DNA of 64,000 nt, taken from positions 106,632 to 170,631 of the forward strand of contig QMIT01000004.1 of assembly GCA_024434115.1 (NCBI GenBank), given 5' to 3'. The DNA is from Chloroflexota bacterium. GTDB taxonomy: Bacteria; Chloroflexota; Anaerolineae; Aggregatilineales; J027. Position 1 is the stretch's first letter. Every line of letters begins with the position of its first letter. Of the stretch, positions 1 through 10,800 are shown piece by piece. Below the pieces are notes generated by a model, which was not told the DNA's origin, searched no databases, and was given only the letters and a program-made list of their open reading frames with translations. The translations under genes and the position numbers were made by a program.

Positions 1-198
1 GGCACAGGCGTGATGGATGGCATTGAATTTGCCGAATATCTACGAGGCGCTGGCCTTCAAACTCCCATTATTTCAATCACCGCCTATGATTTTGAAGAAT
101 ATGAACGCCGCAGCGAAGAAGCGGGCGCAGAATATCATATTGTCAAACCCATTGCGGTAAATGACCTCATTGCTGTTATTAATCAGTTTCGGGCCTAG
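1..198 (+). CDS. CheY-like response regulator receiver domain, 5'-truncated by the window edge
   Basis: Frame is open from base 1. MDGIEF..TPIISITAY..EAGAEYHIVKPI matches the C-terminal half of a REC domain, including the conserved T and KP. Confidence 0.85.
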   Translation, partial: GTGVMDGIEFAEYLRGAGLQTPIISITAYDFEEYERRSEEAGAEYHIVKPIAVNDLIAVINQFRA

Positions 199-219
199 TT
201 GCCTTCAGGATGGTGACGG

Positions 220-1845
220 GTGTCCGCTGAAAATCCTTCACCAAGTCGTCATCCCATTTTACAATTTGTCACTCAATTAACCCGCTCCGACCTCCTGCTC
301 ATCCTATTGATTGGGCTGGTAGCTTTTTCGGTGCGGGTGATTCCCGAACCCCGTACCGTTGACGATGCCTTTATTACCTTTCGCTACAGTAGCAATATCG
401 TCGAGGGGGAAGGCTTCGTTTATAACCCCGACAGCAAGGTATTAGGCACTACCACCCCGCTTTATACTCTGCTGATGGCAGGTTTTGGTGGCATTATGGG
501 CGATCATTATCAGTGGTACGCCCTATTCATCAACGCCCTTGCCGATAGCCTATCCGTCGTCTTGCTCTATCTACTGGCACGCTATTTAACAGGTAGTCGC
601 TTGGCAGGTGGTCTTTTGGGCCTGCTATGGGCACTGCTCTCCTACAGCGTCACTTTTGCCATCGGCGGCATGGAAACCAGCGTCCACAACCTGTTCATGA
701 TTGCCGCATGGGTCGCCTATCTCGACAAACGGCGCGGTTGGGTCGGTGCATTCGTCGCTTTGGGCCTCTTGACTCGTCCCGATGCCTTATTATGGGCCGC
801 CCCATTGATGCTCCACCAATTATGGACGGCATGGCGTGAACACTCCCCCCATCAGAAAATAGGCTCATGGCTGCCCCTGTCCGATTACATGGCAGGATTA
901 ATCATCGGCCTCCCGTGGGTCATCTTTGCCACCCTCTATTTTGGCAGCCCTCTGCCCCACACCATCGGCACAAAATCGGTCGTCTATCAGGTGGATGGCC
1001 CGCAGGCCCTAATTAGGATGCTGCAACAATTCGCCAACCCGATAGACCAATTTGAAATTTTGGGGCCAGTCGTTGGCACAGGCATCGGTTTGATATTATT
1101 TCCCTTTTTGGCATTGGTCGGGCTTCGGGCGATGTTAAAACCCCACCCCCGCACCCTGCCGATTTTCCTTCACGCATGGATTTATTTAGCCGTCTTTAGT
1201 GCCACCAATCCCTTGATTTTCCGCTGGTATCTGACCCCACCCATGCCCGCCTATTTACTGGCAATCGTGTGTGGGGCTTATTCATTAGGCCAATCACTCA
1301 CCCCATCAATCGGAGCACGTCGGCTAAAAATCGCGGCCTACAGCTTAAGTGCCTTTGCGGTGCTATGTGTACTGGCAGGCTGGGAGCTAAAACCCGACCA
1401 TCGCCCCAATCGCCCCGCTCCCAAAATGGCCTTTCACGAAATCGAACTCAATTATCAAACCGTCGCCGAGCGCCTCGCCCGCGAAGAAAGTATCGGGCCA
1501 GACACGCTCATCGCCGCCGGGGATATTGGCGCAGTCGGTTTTTTCAGCCGTGCCCGCATTCTGGATACTATCGGCCTTGTCACTGACGGCCTCAATCATT
1601 ACTACGAGAATGCGGGCTATCCAGCACTCATCCCCGACGAAGGCAACTACGCCATCCCGCCCCAGATGATTTTTGACCGCCAGCCCGATTACATCATCAC
1701 AATGTTAGATTTTGTCAAACTTGGCTTACAACAAGACCCCCGTTTTGCCGAGCAATATGAGCTACTCTACGAAATTAAAACGGATTATTATGGCGGTGCG
1801 ATGCTGGTCTATAAGCGCATTGTCCCTTCTAGCGCCGTGCAGTGA
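220..1845 (+). CDS. GT-C membrane glycosyltransferase (AftB/GT89-like)
   Basis: Polytopic membrane protein with first-loop DDAFITFRYS..G.VYN..GTTTPLY, plus GMET, LTRPDA and C-terminal GDIGAVGF..ILDTIGLV motifs. Confidence 0.75.
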   Translation: MSAENPSPSRHPILQFVTQLTRSDLLLILLIGLVAFSVRVIPEPRTVDDAFITFRYSSNIVEGEGFVYNPDSKVLGTTTPLYTLLMAGFGGIMGDHYQWYALFINALADSLSVVLLYLLARYLTGSRLAGGLLGLLWALLSYSVTFAIGGMETSVHNLFMIAAWVAYLDKRRGWVGAFVALGLLTRPDALLWAAPLMLHQLWTAWREHSPHQKIGSWLPLSDYMAGLIIGLPWVIFATLYFGSPLPHTIGTKSVVYQVDGPQALIRMLQQFANPIDQFEILGPVVGTGIGLILFPFLALVGLRAMLKPHPRTLPIFLHAWIYLAVFSATNPLIFRWYLTPPMPAYLLAIVCGAYSLGQSLTPSIGARRLKIAAYSLSAFAVLCVLAGWELKPDHRPNRPAPKMAFHEIELNYQTVAERLAREESIGPDTLIAAGDIGAVGFFSRARILDTIGLVTDGLNHYYENAGYPALIPDEGNYAIPPQMIFDRQPDYIITMLDFVKLGLQQDPRFAEQYELLYEIKTDYYGGAMLVYKRIVPSSAVQ

Positions 1846-1910
1846 GCCTACGTTTGCCCAACCGTGTAATTACATCACGTGGGCCTGCCGTGTAGATTTG
1901 TCCACCCCTC

Positions 1911-1919
1911 TGCTATAAT
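1911..1919 (+). promoter_or_regulatory. Extended -10 promoter element upstream of the flippase-like gene
   Basis: TGCTATAAT (TGn-TATAAT), about 38 nt before the start at 1957. Confidence 0.6.
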
Positions 1920-1956
1920 GGCGCGGCGTTAAACTTTCTGGAATGAGTAGAGTGCG

Positions 1957-3000
1957 TTGAAAAAGTGGCTGACCTTTGGCCTCGGCGCGATAGTCAGTGT
2001 AGGAATTTTTGTCGCGTTGGTTGGCTCGGAACTGGATGCAGTACAAGATGAATTGGCACGGGCACGGTATATCTATCTGCTGCCGTGTGCCTTGCTGCTG
2101 TTTGTTGGACTGCTCACGCGGGCCATGCGCTGGCATATCCTGTTGGATAAACGGGTCAACGTTTGGCACAGTTTCCACATCATGAATATCGGCTATTTCG
2201 TCAGTTCCATTCTACCTTTCCGCATTGGTGATTTTGCACGCGCATGGCTGACCAGCCGCCTTAGACCACCCGTCTCCGGATTCACCTCGCTCAGTACGAT
2301 TGTAGTCGAACGTTTAGTAGACCTCCTATTTGTCGTGCTGGTGTTAGGGGTCTGCCTCGCCGTTCTGGATGTGCCAAGTGAAGTCACATCCGTCGGCGTG
2401 TTAATGGGCACTGCTGCGTTGGTCGCCCTGATGACCCTCAGCATTTTTTCTGCGCGACCTGCATGGGCCAAATCATTATTAAGTTGGTTTGAACGCCGAC
2501 TGCCAATATTACGGCGCCTAAAATTAGACGAACGGCTTGACCATATTTTGACAGGCTTTGCGCCGATTGGTCGCCCCAAAACCGCCCTGACCGTTTTTTT
2601 CTGGACGGCCTTTTCGTGGTTTTTTTCGATTCTGGCGGGTTACGCCCTTTTATTTATGCTGTTTGACAAACCTAGCATTGAAGCCGCTGCCCTGTTTGTG
2701 GTCTTGGGATCGTTCTCCGTCGCCCTGCCCGCCGTCCCCGGCAATCTCGGCCCATTTGAAGGCGCTGTCGTGGGTGGATTATGGATCGCGGGGCTAATTG
2801 AGAAAGCCACTGCCCCTGAAAACGCTCCGGCCATTGCTTTTGCCGCGATTTTGCACGCCCTATTGATTGCCTTGTATATTATCTTTGGGTTGATCGGACT
2901 GTATGTCGAACACACCTCAGTGCGACAGGTGCGGCGGGGCGCATCTACCCTAACCGAACACGACACCAGCGTTAAGATATTGGTGGAGGGGGTATCGTGA
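1957..3000 (+). CDS. Lysylphosphatidylglycerol synthase TM-domain / flippase-like protein (UPF0104)
   Basis: RAMRW..LL, LPFRIGDFARA, IVVERLVD, PAVPGNLGPFE motifs and multiple TM helices. Confidence 0.85.
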   Translation: MKKWLTFGLGAIVSVGIFVALVGSELDAVQDELARARYIYLLPCALLLFVGLLTRAMRWHILLDKRVNVWHSFHIMNIGYFVSSILPFRIGDFARAWLTSRLRPPVSGFTSLSTIVVERLVDLLFVVLVLGVCLAVLDVPSEVTSVGVLMGTAALVALMTLSIFSARPAWAKSLLSWFERRLPILRRLKLDERLDHILTGFAPIGRPKTALTVFFWTAFSWFFSILAGYALLFMLFDKPSIEAAALFVVLGSFSVALPAVPGNLGPFEGAVVGGLWIAGLIEKATAPENAPAIAFAAILHALLIALYIIFGLIGLYVEHTSVRQVRRGASTLTEHDTSVKILVEGVS

Positions 3001-4232
3001 ACCACACCACACCCGCTGAAGACATTGTGACTTTATTAGACAATTATCGAGAGACAGACCGCCCTTTGCGAATTTTGGCGGCCCTGCAATTTTACCTGCC
3101 CCATCGCACTGGCTATTCTCTGCACGTTCAACGGGTTGCCGAGGGATTAGCCGCACGCGGTCATCATGTCACCGTCTTAACTGCCCGCCATCACATTGAC
3201 CTGCCCCGCGATGAAACCATTAATGGCGTGCGTATTGTACGCCTTTGGGCACCCATCAAGGTCAGTCGGGGCATGGTGATGCCCGCCTATCCTTGGTCAA
3301 TGTGGGGTTTCCTTCGACAAAATGATGTCGTCTGGCTCAATTTGCCCATGTTGGAAACTGCCCTGACCGCTTTTTTGGCAAAACGGGCACAGTGCGGCCT
3401 GATTGCCACCCATCACGGTGATTTACTGCTAGGGCCGGGATTAAAAAACCAGTTTATCCAATGGTTCACCTTCCAAAATTATCGCTATATGGCAGACCGG
3501 GCCAACCGCATCATCGCCTACAGCCACGATTACGCCGACCACAGCTATTATCTGGAAGATTATCGGGACAAGGTCTCGGTGATTTTCCCCCCCATTCAAA
3601 TCCCCCACCCCGAACCGCAACGTGCCGCCGAACTACGTGAACGCTGGCAGCATAATGGTGGCCCCATCATTGGATATGCAGGCCGTTTTGTCAAAGAAAA
3701 ACGTCCCGATCTGCTGATTCGCTCCCTCGAAATCATCAACGAACACTATCCCAATGCGCGGGTCGTATTTGCGGGCGAATATGACATTAAATATGAGAAT
3801 ACATGGGAAGAAAACCAACCGCTGGTGCGCCGTTTTGAGGAGCAGTTGATTTTTCTCGGCCTCATTACCAGCGCCCAAGCCCTTGCCAACTTCTATGCCG
3901 CCTGTGATGTGATTGTTCTGCCCAGCGACACCGAATGTTTTGCGCTGGTGCAGGTCGAAGGCATGATGTGTGGCACGCCCATTGTTGCCACTGATATTCC
4001 CGGTGCGCGGGTGCCGTTGCAAGAAACGGGCATGGGCAAAATTGTGCCGCGTGGCGATCATCAAGCGATTGGCGAGGCAGTGGTTGAAATTCTGCAAAAT
4101 CCTGAGCGGTATCGGCACACCCGCGCAGAAATCGAGACCTTTTTTAATTACGATGAAACCATCAGCCGTTATGAAAAACACCTGCGGAATGCTGCCCGCA
4201 CCTCGATTTACCACAAAGATGAGGTGCGCTAA
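2997..4232 (+). CDS. Glycosyltransferase family 4 (GT-B)
   Basis: GRFVKEKRPD and LPSDTECFALVQVEGMMCGTPIVATDIPG (EX7E motif). GTGA overlap with the upstream gene. Confidence 0.92.
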   Translation: MNHTTPAEDIVTLLDNYRETDRPLRILAALQFYLPHRTGYSLHVQRVAEGLAARGHHVTVLTARHHIDLPRDETINGVRIVRLWAPIKVSRGMVMPAYPWSMWGFLRQNDVVWLNLPMLETALTAFLAKRAQCGLIATHHGDLLLGPGLKNQFIQWFTFQNYRYMADRANRIIAYSHDYADHSYYLEDYRDKVSVIFPPIQIPHPEPQRAAELRERWQHNGGPIIGYAGRFVKEKRPDLLIRSLEIINEHYPNARVVFAGEYDIKYENTWEENQPLVRRFEEQLIFLGLITSAQALANFYAACDVIVLPSDTECFALVQVEGMMCGTPIVATDIPGARVPLQETGMGKIVPRGDHQAIGEAVVEILQNPERYRHTRAEIETFFNYDETISRYEKHLRNAARTSIYHKDEVR

Positions 4233-5084
4233 ATGGCGGTAGATGCACAAACCATAACCCGCCTCACCCGTAATGAAGCGGATATGGCTTTCAAAAAGCG
4301 GGTCGAGACCATTTTTGAATGGCTTCCCCCCGGCGACGATCAAGTCATTTTAGATTGTGCCTGTGGTCGTGGCTTCTACTTGAACTACTATCGGCATGTC
4401 AGCGGTGTGAAGTTGATCGGCTTAGAACTCGAAAGCGACATTATCCGTAAGGCGCAAGCCAACGTCGGTCACCTGCCCGATATTTTGTTGACCCAAGCCA
4501 ATATCTACCACCTGCCCTTTGCCAACAGCAGTTTTGATGGCGTCATCCTCAGCGAAATTTTGGAGCATGTAGACAACGATGTGGCAGGATTAAAAGAAGT
4601 CTACCGTGTACTGAAACCGGGCGGGGTCGCCGCCATTACCGTGCCCAACGCCAATTATCCATTCCTGTGGGATCCCATTAACCGCACGCTGGAGAACGTC
4701 TTTCATACCAAAATTCGGCGCGGGCCATTGGCAGGTATTTGGGCTAATCACGTCCGACTCTATACAATCGAGCAGTTGCGGAAGTCCGTTACCTCCGCCG
4801 GATTCATGGTGGAACAGGAACGCGCCTTCACCCATTACAGCTTTCCCTTTATTCACAATCTGGTGTATGGTCTAGGCAAACCCTTGCTCGAAAGTGGCCT
4901 TATGCCCGATAATCTGGCGGCGGCGGCTGACCGGACAACGTTTGATCAAAATGATGGCAGTTGGCGCAATCCGATCAATCTGGGTTTGGCGGTGTTGAAT
5001 TTTTTTGACCGTCCCAACAAATTGGATGAGCCGCTGCACCGGAGTACGGTAAACTTGTGCATCAAAGCACGCAAAAAAGCCTAA
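4233..5084 (+). CDS. Class I SAM-dependent methyltransferase
   Basis: ILDCACGRG motif I, LPFANSSFD, EILEHV, RVLKPGG. Confidence 0.9.
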   Translation: MAVDAQTITRLTRNEADMAFKKRVETIFEWLPPGDDQVILDCACGRGFYLNYYRHVSGVKLIGLELESDIIRKAQANVGHLPDILLTQANIYHLPFANSSFDGVILSEILEHVDNDVAGLKEVYRVLKPGGVAAITVPNANYPFLWDPINRTLENVFHTKIRRGPLAGIWANHVRLYTIEQLRKSVTSAGFMVEQERAFTHYSFPFIHNLVYGLGKPLLESGLMPDNLAAAADRTTFDQNDGSWRNPINLGLAVLNFFDRPNKLDEPLHRSTVNLCIKARKKA

Positions 5085-5111
5085 TTTATCTTATGTCTTT
5101 AAACCGGACGC

Positions 5112-7865
5112 ATGACTGAATTTATTCCGAATCCCACCCCCGAAACCACGCCGCCAAGTGCCCCCATCTCTGCACCTGCGCGGCCCGTTTTTGATTTCGA
5201 GTCGCTGACGTTGTGGCAAGCCCTCTGGCTGTTCCTCTATCGTCCGGGGCGGGTTGCCAGCGAATTTTGGCGGGTCATTACAGAACCCGATCCGTCCACT
5301 ACCCAGAGATACCGTCGGCCCGATTCGCGGATTTTGCAGGATACCCCGCTCGGCAGTGAATTTGTCTCTTCCGATATGCCCTATACCCCTGTCATTGACG
5401 AGGCAGGGACACTTTTGCCAGAGGAGCAGGCCGCCTTACGAGCCGCCGTCGCCCGTGCCGATGCCCGCTATCGTACCAGCGACCTCACCTTGCCCGAACC
5501 GCCAGAATGGGCCAAAAATCTGCGTTTTGGACAATATCTGGTTATCGAGAAAAGCAGTGCCTTACAAGCAGGCATTTTGCTGATTGGATTTTTCTTTTCG
5601 CTGATTGGCATGGGCTTGCTGCGTTCATCGGCTGTTGACCCGCTCAAACGTGCGGCGGGTGATACCAACGGCGCATTTTTCTGGCTGTTTTTTGGCAGCA
5701 TCATCGCCCTAGTCGCAGCGGGGTTGGGCTGGCGTGAAAAATCCAAGCCCACCAAAACCATCATCGTTGAAGAAGAACTCGACGAAGCCGATGATAGTGA
5801 TCCTATACAAGCAGGTATCCGATTTTTCAACCGTCATTCCCTGCGACTCGCCTTAGTACCCGTAGCCAGCCTATTTGCATGGTTCGCCTATGACAAAAAT
5901 GCCGCCCTCATCCCGACGACAGGTGAAACCGAAGCCATTTTTACGACCACCGGGGTCATTGCTTGGTTCATGGCGACCTTCTTATGGTTTCTTATTTTTG
6001 CCGTAGACCTCAATAAAATTGCCCTCAAGCTGCTGGTACGTCCCGATAACACCACCCCACCAAGTTCACCGTCCGCGCCGCGCCGCCACCGATTGCAATT
6101 CCGTTGGGCCTATGTTGCCTTAACCCTGATCTTCCTGCTGGCCTGTTATTTCCGCCTGCATAATCTGGATGGCGTGCCCCCGGAAATGACCAGCGACCAT
6201 ATCGAAAAACTGCGGGATGCCTATCGTGTGGATCAAGGCTATCGTGGCATCTTTTTTGAAAATAACGAAGGCCGTGAAGGGTTTCAAATGTACTTTGCGG
6301 CGATTATCGGCGATTGGTTCGGCGTTGGTTTTAACTTCCGCGCCCTCAAATATGCCACCATCGTCGAAGGCCTATTGACCATTTTACTGGCCTATTGGTT
6401 TGGCAAAGAAATGATTGGACGCGAAACCCGCGAACGCCAAGAACTGGGAGCTTGGGTTGGTCTAGCAATGGCGGCCCTTCTTGCCATCAGTTCGTGGCAC
6501 ACCATGTTATCCCGTCTCGGCCTTCGGATCGCCCTTACCCCGCTGACCACCCTCATCGTCGTAATTTTTCTAGTGCGGGCCGTCCGTTATAACCGTCGCA
6601 TAGATTTTGTCTTGATGGGTGTTGCGCTGGGTGCTGGCACTTATTTTTACCAAGCCAATCGGATGCTGCCGCTCTTGGTTGTGCCGATTGTGCTACTAGC
6701 CGCCCTTGCCAAAGCCAAAATCAACTGGAAAATCAGCGCCCGTTATATGGTCAATCTGGCGATGGCCGGGTTGCTTGCGTGGGTGATTTATCTGCCCATG
6801 TATCGCTACTCGGTAGAAAATCCGGATGCCTTTTGGAAGCGCACCTACGGACGACTTTTTGGCAATTACACCTTTGATTGCCGCAATATTGAAGGCGAGA
6901 CCCCCAGCTACTGCACACCCTCAACGGCTGTCGTGTTGGAACATATTGTGGATCATCGTGACGTATTGTGGGATAACTATGTCCGTGCCTTTAAGATGTA
7001 CTCATGGCAAGGCGACGGTATGTGGATTCTGAACGGCAGTGGTTATCCCGCACTGGATACCATCACCAACGCCTTATTGCTCATGGGCGTGGGCATGTGG
7101 GGAATGTTCATCATCAAACGCCGCGACATTGCCCTGCTTGCCATTCCTTTAGGCGTAATCGTGATGCTGCTGCCAAGTACGCTGGCACTTACCCAAGTTA
7201 CCGAAAACCCATCCTTTACGCGCACCAGTGGCACCATACCGTTCATTTTCCTGATGGCGGCCTATCCACTGGGTTTGATGGCCTACGAAGCGACCAGAGC
7301 GGGCTATTCACGTAAGCCCTTTGTCGCCAGTTCTGCCCTGCTTGTGACTCTTTTGGTCGGTCTAGCCATCCCGTCCAATTACGATACCTACTTCAACGTC
7401 TATCGGGAAGGGTATGAAACTTCATGGAAGCCCTATACACAAATTGCTGCCCCGCTGCGTGACTTTGCCGAAACACGCGGCAGCTATGGCAATGCGTTTT
7501 ATGTACATACTGAACACTGGCTAGATCACCGAATTTTGGGTACTGTAGCGGGCGATTTTGCTTGGCCCAATGGTCTGCTCAAAGCCGAGGATGTTTATCA
7601 ACAAATCGCTGGCAATCAGGGTACAGTCCATCAATATGACCCCACCAAGCCGCTGTTGTTTATGGTAAACAAATCGAACGTCGCGGGCCTAGAGTGGCTG
7701 CAAACCTATTTCCCCGGTGGTGAAGTGCGGGAAATTCGAGTCAAATTCAACAACAATTATTATGTCTATGAAGTGCCGGCAGGATGGCAATGGCTGATTA
7801 TCCGGGTTACGGAACAAACCGCCCGATGGTCATGTATCACCAACTGTCCACCCGGCCCCAAGTGA
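5112..7865 (+). CDS. GT-C glycosyltransferase (ArnT/PMT, GT83/GT39-like) with N-terminal extension
   Basis: RLHNLDGVPPEMTSDHIEK, FF.NNEGRE, WH..LSRLGLR, G.YFYQA.R motifs and many TM helices. Confidence 0.8.
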   Translation: MTEFIPNPTPETTPPSAPISAPARPVFDFESLTLWQALWLFLYRPGRVASEFWRVITEPDPSTTQRYRRPDSRILQDTPLGSEFVSSDMPYTPVIDEAGTLLPEEQAALRAAVARADARYRTSDLTLPEPPEWAKNLRFGQYLVIEKSSALQAGILLIGFFFSLIGMGLLRSSAVDPLKRAAGDTNGAFFWLFFGSIIALVAAGLGWREKSKPTKTIIVEEELDEADDSDPIQAGIRFFNRHSLRLALVPVASLFAWFAYDKNAALIPTTGETEAIFTTTGVIAWFMATFLWFLIFAVDLNKIALKLLVRPDNTTPPSSPSAPRRHRLQFRWAYVALTLIFLLACYFRLHNLDGVPPEMTSDHIEKLRDAYRVDQGYRGIFFENNEGREGFQMYFAAIIGDWFGVGFNFRALKYATIVEGLLTILLAYWFGKEMIGRETRERQELGAWVGLAMAALLAISSWHTMLSRLGLRIALTPLTTLIVVIFLVRAVRYNRRIDFVLMGVALGAGTYFYQANRMLPLLVVPIVLLAALAKAKINWKISARYMVNLAMAGLLAWVIYLPMYRYSVENPDAFWKRTYGRLFGNYTFDCRNIEGETPSYCTPSTAVVLEHIVDHRDVLWDNYVRAFKMYSWQGDGMWILNGSGYPALDTITNALLLMGVGMWGMFIIKRRDIALLAIPLGVIVMLLPSTLALTQVTENPSFTRTSGTIPFIFLMAAYPLGLMAYEATRAGYSRKPFVASSALLVTLLVGLAIPSNYDTYFNVYREGYETSWKPYTQIAAPLRDFAETRGSYGNAFYVHTEHWLDHRILGTVAGDFAWPNGLLKAEDVYQQIAGNQGTVHQYDPTKPLLFMVNKSNVAGLEWLQTYFPGGEVREIRVKFNNNYYVYEVPAGWQWLIIRVTEQTARWSCITNCPPGPK

Positions 7866-7872
7866 AACACCC

Positions 7873-10800
7873 ATGACTGACGCTGAGAACCGATTCCCAG
7901 ACCCGATTGAGACATCCCCCGGCCTCGAACCGGATTTAGAACCCGTCACCCAAGCGCCGGAAACCATATCTGACGAGGGTTATGATGGGCCTGTGGCGAC
8001 CCCGCAGTTTGATTATCACGATTATGCAGCCCCCGCTGCTGAAAAAGCCGCCCTTGCCCGCCGCTATGAATGGGGCATCGCCAAAATCCCTTGGGCAGAT
8101 GTGTTCTGTGCGCTGGTCTTGGTCGCATTGATGGCGGGTGGCTATTGGATGCGTTCCGTCGGACGTAACTGGGACGACTATACCCATCTCCACCCCGATG
8201 AACGCTTTTTAACACAGGTCGCCAGCGAAATCCACTCTGATTCTCCCTTGCGTCTCAGTCAAGGCGATACGATTGCCGCCAAAACCGCCTGTGACAAAAA
8301 ATATCCTCTGCCCCCAGCAGATGTATTGAACGCCATGTCCCCCGCCGATCAAGCCGAAGCCTATGCCGAGGCGGGCAAAGGGGGTTACTTCGATACCGCC
8401 TGTTCCAACCTCAACCCGCATAATGTCGGTTATGGTTTTTATGTTTATGGCGAATTTCCGACCTTTAACACGCGCATCTGGGCCGAGATTTATAATGACC
8501 TCACTGGCGAAAGTTGGTGGACGAGTTATAACGCCGTCCAATTGGTCGGAAGGGCCGCCAGTTCCGTCGCGGACACCCTAACGATCTTGCTCATCTTCTT
8601 GATCGGGGCACGCCTGTTTAATCGCTGGGTGGGTCTATTCGCGGCGGGTTTTTATGCCTTTGCCGCCTTCCCTATTCAGCAAAGCCACTTTTGGACAGCC
8701 GATGTTTTCACGTCCTTCTGGGTGGTGCTGACCATCTATTTCGCCGTGCTGGCGATGGACAACAGTAGTGCCTATCGCCAACGGTTTGCGACGCTTCCTT
8801 GGGTCGTTGGCGGAATTGCGATCTGGGTTTGGGAGATTGTCGCCCAACAAAGCGATTCCAAATGGCTGCATAACCTTGCCAGCGCCGACACCGAATTCTA
8901 TGTCCCATTGTTGATCTATGTGGCCGTTCTGCTCATCATGGGATTTGTCACCAGTCTTGCCGCCGAACAGCGCCGCACGGGTCTTGAAACTGCCACTTTC
9001 GCTGTGAGTGTGGTGGTGCTGTTCATCTTGGCTGTGTCTGGGATAATCGGTTGGTTCGGGGCGATTGCGACGGCCTTTGTCGCCGTTGTGCTCATGCTGC
9101 TGTGGATTAGCGGCGTCCATGCTCTAGGCGGCTACACAGGTTTTTGGACATGGATCGCAGCGGCCTATGGTCTGTGGGTATTTGATGGTTTGGCGCATTA
9201 TGACCAACCAACACTCACCCCGCTCGCCGTCTATCTGGTCTTTTTCGTGATTCTAGCGTTTATTAGCTCCATTATTCGTCAGCTAAAGCCTGCCTCAACC
9301 CAATACCCCACCCACCTCGTCATCATCATCTTCCTGCTGGTTTTGCTGGCAGTGTGGAGTGCCGCCGCGTTGATTGATGGCACGATTTCCGTTGAGGGCT
9401 TTTTCGCCTCGTTGGTGTTGGGCGCGATTATTGCTGGGGCGAATGTAGCAGGCTTGCAGGATTATGCCGGATTCGGGCTGGCGTTTGGGGCATCCCTAGC
9501 CGGACGTGTCAATGTTGCACCCCTGCTTGGTTTGGTATTACTGGCAGTCATCATTCGGGGCTTGTTTACCCTTGACCGTCGTGCCCTCCATTTTGAACGC
9601 CAACAGCAGATCGCGCGTTTGATGGTTGGCCTCATTATCGCCGCCGTATTGACCATTGCGGCCTTCCGTGTCTTGCAACCCCATGCCTTCAGTGGCCCGC
9701 ATATTTACAACCTAAGCATCAACAGCTATTGGCAGGATGACCTGTCCGAAGTCAGAGGCCAAGTATCGGGGAAAAGCGATTCGCCTCCCAATCACCAATG
9801 GGCCAATCGTGTGCCCTATCTATTCCCCCTGCAAAACATTGTCCTATATGGTCTAGGGGTATTGCTTGGGTTATCCGCCGTCGTGGGCGTGATATGGGCG
9901 GTGGTCAACATAGTGCGCCGCCAACCCAATTGGACGCGGGTCGCCATCCCCGTTGCATGGGCTGTCGTCTACTTTGCCTATTTCGGCAAAAACTGGGTCA
10001 CGACCATGCGCTATTTCCTGCCGATTTATGCCGTATTGACCCTGATGGCAAGTTGGGCCTTGTGGGAAGCCATTTCGATTACCCACCGTCGCCTTAAAAT
10101 AAAACCAACCACCCTGCGCCGCGTGGCCTTTGGCCTTGCGACCCTCACCCTCGCTGTTGTGACGGGCTACACCGCTGTCTATGGTTATGCTTTTACCAGT
10201 ATCTATCGCCAGCAACTCACCCGTGTCGCCGCCTCACAATATTTCCAAGAATATATCCCCGGCGATTTTGGCCTGTGGGTCAAGCGCACTGACGGCTCGG
10301 AACGCATGATTAACGTCGGAATTTATCCAACCGCCCAATTCCCCCAAATTGCCCATATCGCCGATGGGGAATCTATGACGGTTGAAATCGCCCCCGAAAT
10401 CAATTCGGAATTGGTGAGTGTGGTGCTGCATCGTTTGGGCGACCCCAACCGTGACCCCGACCTCGAATTGGTCTCGGTACAGGTTTGGTCAAAAGACACG
10501 GTTCAGGGCCGTGTTCTATTGGGCGACGAGACCATCAATGCCGACCTGAATGCGGCGGGGGGTGATTTTGGGACAGAATACAGCCTCGAATTTAACCCCC
10601 CTCTCATCCTAGCCGCCACGCTGGATTCCGTCACTCCGATTACCTATGAGGTGGTGATTACGGCGGAACAGGGCGGCCCGATTATGCTTTCGGCCAACAT
10701 TTCCGATCCCCTTCTACCGATTAACCCATCGCATATTTCGATGTACCTGCGTGACCCCATTGCCGACAGCCTGACGGTACAAGAACTAGATTTGCCCGTG